Below, piece after piece: positions 57,766 through 64,000 of a stretch of DNA of 64,000 nt. Position numbers and translations under genes: made by a program. How positions within the stretch are numbered: the first letter of the stretch is position 1; each line of letters opens with the position of its first letter. The notes beneath the pieces were generated by a model that saw only the letters and a program-made list of their open reading frames with translations, was not told the DNA's origin and did no database searches. This DNA is from a virus, in IMG/VR virus record IMGVR_UViG_3300033183_000354, positions 32,001-96,000 of that record. The stretch is one strand, 5' to 3'.

Positions 57766-58065
57766 ATGTCTTACATTATGGAAAAAAATCTCGTCGATTA
57801 CATCAACGCTCAGCGCGCTGAGGCCGAAGAGTTCTCAAAGCAGCCTGGCTGTTGGATGGGTAAGATGGTCGATCCCGCTGATATCGAATACTGGAGCCAG
57901 CGTGTTCCTTCCGGTACTCTCAAAGAGTTCCAGCGTATCCAACTCATCGAGGATGCGTACTATATCACCGCTGATCATGTCAGCAAGTCGTATGCTCGGT
58001 CTCTCGAGTTTCATAAGTGGACCGATGAGAAGATTGAGGCTCATATAGAAAGGATGTGTGCATGA
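57766..58065 (+). CDS. Hypothetical early protein
   Basis: Follows promoter cassette at ~57685-57765 (TGTACA-N17-TATAAT, GAGGAG). Confidence 0.7.
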   Translation: MSYIMEKNLVDYINAQRAEAEEFSKQPGCWMGKMVDPADIEYWSQRVPSGTLKEFQRIQLIEDAYYITADHVSKSYARSLEFHKWTDEKIEAHIERMCA

Positions 58066-58280
58066 TGGAGTACGCAGGTTCAGGATCTCCCTTTGTTCGA
58101 GGCGGTATGGATAGCTATTATCGCAGACCTCGCTGTCCTCACTATCACATGAATGGTATTAATGAATACGGCAATCCGTGTATTAATAGAGTCTATGATC
58201 TGACCGAAGAACAGATCAAAGAATATCATGCTGGTTATGATGAGAACGAAGAGCGCGGTGACTATAAGGATTGGGGTTAA
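58062..58280 (+). CDS. Hypothetical protein
   Basis: GSPFVRGGMDSYY...Y.AGY...KDWG. Confidence 0.7.
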   Translation: MMEYAGSGSPFVRGGMDSYYRRPRCPHYHMNGINEYGNPCINRVYDLTEEQIKEYHAGYDENEERGDYKDWG

Positions 58281-58380
58281 TCATGAAAATCATTATAGGT
58301 ATTCTCATGATATTACTATTAGGTTATAATGATTGGGAATTATTAGATATATTACAACGACATGTAGTAGAGTTTTTAAA

Positions 58381-58548
58381 ATGACATCACAAGAATTCGA
58401 ATTATTTGAACGTCGCATTGATAACTGTTTTCGTGCAGCAGATCTTGCTAATGATCCAGATTTTAAGAAACTTTGGTATCAAACTGCAATGGCTCTGCTA
58501 CGTAAAATGAATTATAGAATGAATGGCTCCGTAGCTCAGCTGGATTAG
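58381..58548 (+). CDS. Hypothetical protein whose stop lies inside tRNA-Arg
   Basis: MTSQEFELFERRIDNC...; last 24 nt overlap tRNA. Confidence 0.5.
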   Translation: MTSQEFELFERRIDNCFRAADLANDPDFKKLWYQTAMALLRKMNYRMNGSVAQLD

Positions 58549-58602
58549 AGCAATTGCCTTCTAAGCAATGGGTCGGGGGTTCGAGTCCTCCCGGAGTCGC
58601 CA
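58525..58602 (+). tRNA. tRNA-Arg (TCT)
   Basis: Cloverleaf; ATTGC-CTTCTAA-GCAAT; GTTCGAG; CCA. Confidence 0.95.
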
Positions 58603-58607
58603 ATATT

Positions 58608-58697
58608 GGAGGGCTGGCAGAGTCTGGCTTAATGCACCTGGTTTGAAACCAGGAGATGGGCAACCATCCGGGGGTTCGAATCCCTCGCCCTCCGCCA
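58608..58697 (+). tRNA. tRNA-Ser (TGA)
   Basis: CCTGG-TTTGAAA-CCAGG, long variable arm, CCA. Confidence 0.95.
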
Positions 58698-58700
58698 TAT

Positions 58701-58785
58701 GCGGGCGTGGTGGAATAGGTAGACACACAGGACTTAAAATCCTGAGGCTTAGGCCGTGAGAGTTCGAGTCTCTCCGTCCGTACCA
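58701..58785 (+). tRNA. tRNA-Leu (TAA)
   Basis: CAGGA-CTTAAAA-TCCTG, variable arm, CCA. Confidence 0.95.
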
Positions 58786-58803
58786 AATTATATGAGGTGT
58801 TAT

Positions 58804-59085
58804 ATGTTAGGTAAAGATTTTTGGGAAGATTTAGATATTGATGCTGCTGAATTTAATGTTCAGATTGAAGTATCTGCAAAAGCATTAATTGATGAATGGG
58901 GTTCTAAGTTGACTGAAGCTGATCTTCTAAAACTAAATGCATATGTACATGCTCAAGATAAATCGATCGAAGGATCTATTGCAGCATCTGCGCTTGAATA
59001 CTACTTAACTAAAGATTATAATCCACAGTTTATCCATTACTATGAGTCAAAGAAAAAAGCTCCGTGGTGGAAATTCTGGAAATAA
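58804..59085 (+). CDS. Hypothetical protein
   Basis: GAGGT RBS; ends PWWKFWK. Confidence 0.65.
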   Translation: MLGKDFWEDLDIDAAEFNVQIEVSAKALIDEWGSKLTEADLLKLNAYVHAQDKSIEGSIAASALEYYLTKDYNPQFIHYYESKKKAPWWKFWK

Positions 59086-59093
59086 ATAGTAGT

Positions 59094-59252
59094 ATGAGAA
59101 AATTAAACGTTACACTTGGCGATATTGTCGTCATTCTTCCTTTTGCTTGGGTTATATCACAGTCATTACTGTATATGAATTTTTTTTGGGCAATAGGTGC
59201 TTTATTTTTATTTGACGTTTATGCTGCCAATAGGAGGAGATGGAATGTCTGA
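59094..59252 (+). CDS. Small two-TM protein
   Basis: Hydrophobic ORF. Confidence 0.5.
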   Translation: MRKLNVTLGDIVVILPFAWVISQSLLYMNFFWAIGALFLFDVYAANRRRWNV

Positions 59253-59508
59253 TGATATTTTTGATTTTGGTTTTACTGCTGTAGATGAGACAGAACTAAA
59301 AGCAGTTCAAGATGTTGCTGCCAAAGCAGAATCTTTGGGTGCTAATGCACTAAACACTCAAGAAAAACTTGATAAACTATATAATGCCATCACACCTCTG
59401 CTTAACAACCTTAAGAAGAATCCAGAAAAAGAATATATCCTTTGGCCTAATCGTATTGAAAAGGTTGAGGCATTCGAGGATTATTTGTATAAGATTTACT
59501 CAAAATGA
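59245..59508 (+). CDS. Conserved phage hypothetical protein
   Basis: FDFGFTAVDE...NLKKNPEKEYILWPNR. Confidence 0.75.
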   Translation: MSDDIFDFGFTAVDETELKAVQDVAAKAESLGANALNTQEKLDKLYNAITPLLNNLKKNPEKEYILWPNRIEKVEAFEDYLYKIYSK

Positions 59509-60476
59509 CTTTTTACGACGACCAAATTATCCTAAATAAAAAGATAGAGAATTTTCTTTCCTCTGATTTAATTCAAGAAATAAAAGATAATTTCTTAGAA
59601 TGTGAAGAATTAATTAAAGAAGAATATGATAGAGATGAAAAATATGATGGATTAAATGAATTTTATTTCACATATACTGGAGAATATTTTTTAAATGATC
59701 ATGCTCTATTAAAAAATAGGTCTAACTTTGATCAAATGGTTTTAGTGCCAGAACACATGCATATTAAGGTTAGAGAAAAATTATCTAAAATGTTTTTCGC
59801 TGATATTTTTGATGAAATTAAAGAACATATAGAAAACACGATCGGCTTAGGATACGTTGAACGATTAGCATTCATGAATATGCCAAGTGATTTTCAAATT
59901 CACACAGATAGTTTAGATGTAAAAAATAGATTTATAAAACGACCAAATAATTGGGATGATTTAAAAAAAGAAGATTATCATCCAGACAACGTAACTAATT
60001 GGCCGATTTATCAAGGGTTAATTAATATTGACGCACCTTCTAATAACGGAACTATAATTTTTGATCAATGGTTTCCATATTCAGTTTATTGGTCTCCGCA
60101 AAATACTTCTAAAGAAACTGATGGAACCAGAAGCGCTAAGAAAGATATTATATTTTTTTATTCTGACGATCAACCACATAGATTTGAAGAAAGCATTAGA
60201 AATTTTACTGGCCAAGAAATATCAGAAAAAGATTTCAATTTATTAATTGAAAAATCTCCAAGACCAGATAGAGTTAAAAAAGATGAATACTATGGATTAT
60301 CGATTGATTCATTAATGACTTTCGATACTCCAGGAACTCTTAATATGTGGGACAGTAAAAAGTTTCATAAAACGATACCGTTTAAGCACCATGGTAAAAA
60401 TCAAAATAGATTAGTTTTACAATTTATTGCAATGAAAAAACCATTATTTTATAAAACAGGGCATACTATATTTTAG
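59505..60476 (+). CDS. 2OG-Fe(II) oxygenase-like protein (paralog 1)
   Basis: FQIHTD...GTIIFDQ...WDSKKFH...R. Confidence 0.6.
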   Translation: MTFYDDQIILNKKIENFLSSDLIQEIKDNFLECEELIKEEYDRDEKYDGLNEFYFTYTGEYFLNDHALLKNRSNFDQMVLVPEHMHIKVREKLSKMFFADIFDEIKEHIENTIGLGYVERLAFMNMPSDFQIHTDSLDVKNRFIKRPNNWDDLKKEDYHPDNVTNWPIYQGLINIDAPSNNGTIIFDQWFPYSVYWSPQNTSKETDGTRSAKKDIIFFYSDDQPHRFEESIRNFTGQEISEKDFNLLIEKSPRPDRVKKDEYYGLSIDSLMTFDTPGTLNMWDSKKFHKTIPFKHHGKNQNRLVLQFIAMKKPLFYKTGHTIF

Positions 60477-61422
60477 ATCTACAAACAAATTGTAAAACTT
60501 TTCTACTTGTTTGATCTTCAAATTTATATGGCATCTGACAATGATATCGTCGACTATCCCATAGACTAGTAGTTCCAGGTTTATCAAAAAAGAAAAGTTT
60601 TTCTAAGCTGAGTCCATAACCTTGATCTCTATTAAATTTCCCATTATCTACTAAATTATTGGTTATCATATTGAAATCATCATCAGAAAATGGTTTGTAT
60701 GTAAAATTTTTTATAGTGTGACCAAATCGCGTTGGTGAATCATCTTTATAAAATGTAATAAAGGGATATCCACATATAGTATTTTTATATCCCGAATATT
60801 CTTTATCAAATGCAAGATACGTTGTAAAAGGAAACATCTGATCAAATAGGATTGTTCCATGAGTCGTAGGAGCATTAATATTAATTAATCCTTGGTATAT
60901 GTTCATTCTATTGATATAATCGTCTTGCATATAATCTTTTTGAATTAGACTATCCCAATCATCTGGTCTATCCATATATTTGTCTTTTACTGCTAATCTA
61001 TCAGTATGAATTTCAAATGAGGATTTCATATTCATGAATTCAAACCAAGCTATTTTAATATTAGAATCATTTAATCGAGTAAGTATTTTTTCTTTGTATT
61101 CAAAAATTTTATCATTTAAATCTTTTAATTCAATTGCTGCATATTCCTTAAAATCTTCTATTAACTCTAAACGTTCTAACTTTGAATAAAATAAGACTTC
61201 ATTAATAGTAAAATCCATTATAATTCCAGTCTCTTTTTCATCATCAAAATGGTGGAATATTGAATGTAATCTTAATTGAGAAATGGGTCGAGTACTTCCC
61301 CAATAATCTTGGGCGATTCTTTCGGCATACTGGTCAAAGATAGATTCGAGTTCTGCTGCTTCTTCGACAGAGAAAAAATCTTTATCTTGAATAGTAGGAT
61401 AAATATAATCGTTATCTAACAT
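60466..61422 (-). CDS. 2OG-Fe(II) oxygenase-like protein (paralog 2)
   Basis: FEIHTD...GTILFDQ...WDSRRYH...R; minus-strand TATAAATA at 61428-61435. Confidence 0.6.
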   Translation of the reverse strand: MLDNDYIYPTIQDKDFFSVEEAAELESIFDQYAERIAQDYWGSTRPISQLRLHSIFHHFDDEKETGIIMDFTINEVLFYSKLERLELIEDFKEYAAIELKDLNDKIFEYKEKILTRLNDSNIKIAWFEFMNMKSSFEIHTDRLAVKDKYMDRPDDWDSLIQKDYMQDDYINRMNIYQGLININAPTTHGTILFDQMFPFTTYLAFDKEYSGYKNTICGYPFITFYKDDSPTRFGHTIKNFTYKPFSDDDFNMITNNLVDNGKFNRDQGYGLSLEKLFFFDKPGTTSLWDSRRYHCQMPYKFEDQTSRKVLQFVCRSKI

Positions 61423-61434
61423 AGGAATATTTAT

Positions 61435-62076
61435 ATGGCATTTTTAGTACATCCACTTCCACCTATTCCAGTCTATGTAAAAAAAGAATATCTGTATGAT
61501 CTAGAAAGGGGTCACGGTGAATATACACCTGGCATCTGGATCGCAGTTAAATCAATACAATATAAAGCACTTTATTTCGAAACCCTATTAACAGATTATG
61601 GAGCACTATATGATAAACTCCCTTTGGTAGCGTTTGTTCATAGCCTTGATCATAGCGACCTTCCTCTCGATGTTCTTCAGCTTTGGGATTGTTTTGATTA
61701 TGACATTACTGTAGTTCAAAAACCACTATTAAGCAGATGTGAATTCTTTGGAAAGGATCGCAAGATGCATTCGGGTGAGTATATGTTTACTATTGATAAC
61801 GCTCATCGAGATCATGCATATCTTGATACTAACTTTAGTGAACACGATCCTGAACATAAGTCATTCAATATCATTAAGTTAGATAGTGGTCAGTTTGCTG
61901 CTCAACCAAACAATAGAGTCATCTTTAGAGACTCAAGCCTTACACCTGAGAAGTTACTGATGCCAGATTTTAAAGTCTGTACTCAGAACTATGCAGTAGA
62001 GACTGAACCAAAATGGTCAGTTGGCCACACAGACGAATGGCAATACAAGACTGAAGATGAAAAAAATCACATCTAA
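61435..62076 (+). CDS. Conserved phage hypothetical protein
   Basis: LQLWDCF...EHK...GQFAAQPNNR. Confidence 0.8.
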   Translation: MAFLVHPLPPIPVYVKKEYLYDLERGHGEYTPGIWIAVKSIQYKALYFETLLTDYGALYDKLPLVAFVHSLDHSDLPLDVLQLWDCFDYDITVVQKPLLSRCEFFGKDRKMHSGEYMFTIDNAHRDHAYLDTNFSEHDPEHKSFNIIKLDSGQFAAQPNNRVIFRDSSLTPEKLLMPDFKVCTQNYAVETEPKWSVGHTDEWQYKTEDEKNHI

Positions 62077-62166
62077 TTGTTTTTATTAGATAAAATAATG
62101 CGTTTTTTTGTGTACATTGCCTAAAGATTGTAGTAGTATAGTCCTATAATCAAAGAGGAGTTTATT
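62061..62166 (+). promoter_or_regulatory. Early promoter cassette (repeat copy)
   Basis: Near-identical to 13024-13130. Confidence 0.75.
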
Positions 62167-62403
62167 ATGATTATTAAACCTGAAGATCGTCTGGCTTATA
62201 TCAAAAAAGCTGCAGCCAAGTTTAACAAAAAAGTTAAGCGGAATGCTCGTGTTCGCGACTATACCACTCCTGTCGAAGATCGTAGCACTGACGACTCTGT
62301 TAACATCAACGCTTGGACTGATGCCGAAAAGTATGTCGACGAATATTATGGCGATCGCGTACGTGGTCAAACTGCATACGAATCATATGAAGGATGGAAC
62401 TAA
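62167..62403 (+). CDS. Hypothetical early protein
   Basis: GAGGAG RBS. Confidence 0.7.
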   Translation: MIIKPEDRLAYIKKAAAKFNKKVKRNARVRDYTTPVEDRSTDDSVNINAWTDAEKYVDEYYGDRVRGQTAYESYEGWN

Positions 62404-62555
62404 TGTTTGAAGTATTTCTCACAAATTTTGGCTTTACTCACAGCTCTCATAAAACTTTAGAAGATGCGATTAAGGCTGCCAAGAATACTGGTTTTCAGTG
62501 TCACATCTTTAAGAGTACAGATCCTTTCACTATCTTAAAGACGGTATGGAACTAA
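62403..62555 (+). CDS. Small hypothetical protein (50 aa, not in track)
   Basis: TAATG coupling at both ends. Confidence 0.6.
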   Translation: MFEVFLTNFGFTHSSHKTLEDAIKAAKNTGFQCHIFKSTDPFTILKTVWN

Positions 62556-62914
62556 TGACTATGCATCTTGTTCATGGTATGTCTACCACATCAACTCGAA
62601 AGCGTAAGACCAAGCGTACTCCTGGCTGGCAGAAAGCCGAAGCTAAACACAATGCTTGGCTGCGTAAGATGGGTGTGCATCCTGATCAGCTCAAAACAAA
62701 GGAGAAATCAAGTGGCGCGAGTATTCCGAATTATGCAGAGACACGCTTCAGCATCCCGACGTCGGACGTCGTTACACCCATCGCAGGAAAGCGAAAGGCA
62801 CAAGAGTATTCAGGAGACTACATCGTCGGGCTCGCAACAATGCACAAATCAAACACAGTTCCAGTGGGTAGATCCGATTCCCCAGAAATATATGCACAAA
62901 TGAGGCGAAATTAA
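62555..62914 (+). CDS. Conserved basic phage protein
   Basis: GLATMHKSNTVPV. Confidence 0.75.
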   Translation: MTMHLVHGMSTTSTRKRKTKRTPGWQKAEAKHNAWLRKMGVHPDQLKTKEKSSGASIPNYAETRFSIPTSDVVTPIAGKRKAQEYSGDYIVGLATMHKSNTVPVGRSDSPEIYAQMRRN

Positions 62915-62952
62915 TGGTTTACTTTTGTGGAAAACTGTAGTAGAATATATCT

Positions 62953-63170
62953 ACAATAAAAAATTGTCGAACGAGTATAAACGTGGTTAAGCCTGTAAAC
63001 GACATTAAAATTAAGACGCAGGTGGGAATGAAGAGCCCTCATAAGAAAGACTCAACTGGGAATGGTCCGTTCGTCCAGTCTAAAAATTAAGGAACGCGCG
63101 AGTTACGAGGCCCCCGGGCTCGAAAATAGAATGAAAAAGACCGTCCTAGGAATCGGTTTGGGGTCCCATA
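62953..63170 (+). ncRNA. Candidate structured ncRNA or 5' leader
   Basis: Own promoter (TTTACT-N17-TAGAAT, 62918-62946); ~220 nt without a gene; several helices. Confidence 0.45.
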
Positions 63171-63192
63171 TTATTATTGAGGAGCAAACATA

Positions 63193-64000
63193 ATGGCATT
63201 ACAAAAACGTAAGAAGAAAACAGTTCGCGCTCGTGCGCGTACAGGGATAGCTGCAGCACCTATCGATAAGGGCTTTGAGGCTGTTAAAGATTATTTCCAT
63301 ATGGAGATCGATCGTAAAGACATCTCAGCTCAAATCAAGACTTATATCAAGAAAACATTGAATAAGTCAGATCAGCGCGCCGCGCTTGCCTGTCCTGAAT
63401 ATAAGTTTGTTCTCGGATATTTAGGTGCCACAGCATTTTGGAATAATCAAGGGTTGACTCAATGTGATAAATCAAAGTCATATACAGCACACTTAGATGC
63501 TAAGATTGCTGATCTAGTAGTACTTGGTAAGACCATCTTAGCAGAGAAAAAGGCTGAAGCAAAGACAGAAAGTAACGTAATAACACTTTCTCCAGCACAA
63601 CGCCTTCAGAATAAGATTAGTAATACTATTATGCAAGATCTACTTAATCTCGAAGATCAGTGGATCGAAGGTAAGAAGACTACAATTGATGTTTATCTTC
63701 TCTTTAAGAAATACAGTTTGGCTGGATCGGCTACATTGCCAGTCCGCCAGGTGATTGAGGGATGGTTGCTAGATTATGAAGATGCATACCATAAGCGTTG
63801 TGACCAAGCCGTCGAGGGCTATTCACATGTGAAAAGACCTGAACTCAATCGCCGCATTAAAGCGTGTCAAGACATGCTCCTCGATCTTGACCGCATTAAG
63901 TCCGCAGCGAAGGCTACTCGTAAAACTCGAGTCAAACAGCCTAAAGCTGCGGACAAACAAATCTCGAAGGTTAAATACAAGACCGAAGATACTACATATA
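63193..64000 (+). CDS. Hypothetical protein, truncated by window end
   Basis: GAGGAG RBS; MALQKRKKKTVRARARTG..., no stop seen before window edge. Confidence 0.75.
   Translation, partial: MALQKRKKKTVRARARTGIAAAPIDKGFEAVKDYFHMEIDRKDISAQIKTYIKKTLNKSDQRAALACPEYKFVLGYLGATAFWNNQGLTQCDKSKSYTAHLDAKIADLVVLGKTILAEKKAEAKTESNVITLSPAQRLQNKISNTIMQDLLNLEDQWIEGKKTTIDVYLLFKKYSLAGSATLPVRQVIEGWLLDYEDAYHKRCDQAVEGYSHVKRPELNRRIKACQDMLLDLDRIKSAAKATRKTRVKQPKAADKQISKVKYKTEDTTY

Noticed and set aside
58608-58697. tRNA with TGA in the anticodon loop as an opal suppressor or recoding signal
   Set aside because: Anticodon UGA reads UCA (Ser); TGA serves as a normal stop throughout the window
58463-58786. ORFs overlapping the tRNA cluster on either strand
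   Set aside because: Shadows of tRNA genes
63020-63120. Cobalamin riboswitch (GGGAA and GCCCCCG present; phage has B12-dependent NrdJ)
   Set aside because: Order, spacing and B12 box do not match the consensus, and it is not upstream of nrdJ

Overview
64 kb of a large T4-like (myovirus) phage genome, probably marine. The host is probably an alphaproteobacterium, inferred from a permuted two-piece tmRNA with an ANDN...AA tag, a SleB-type hydrolase, class II NrdJ and sqdB. In order, the window holds: a nucleotide/DNA-modification block (MazG-like, primase-like, dCMP hydroxymethylase, dCMP deaminase, UDG-like, two aGPT-PPase-like, PLP enzyme); uvsX, gp41 and thyX; a minus-strand late operon of six exported or membrane proteins resembling a chaperone/pilin system; the tmRNA with a small basic ORF in its intervening segment; a radical-SAM/2OG-oxygenase island; pstS; a late block of proteins with T4-type capsid-targeting N-termini; a spanin/lipase/holin-like lysis block; nrdJ, rnh and phoH; an 8 kb glycosylation island with sqdB; three tRNAs; and a candidate structured ncRNA near the end. 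A conserved early-promoter cassette recurs many times. All protein calls are by motif recognition from the translated sequence; no database searches were run.
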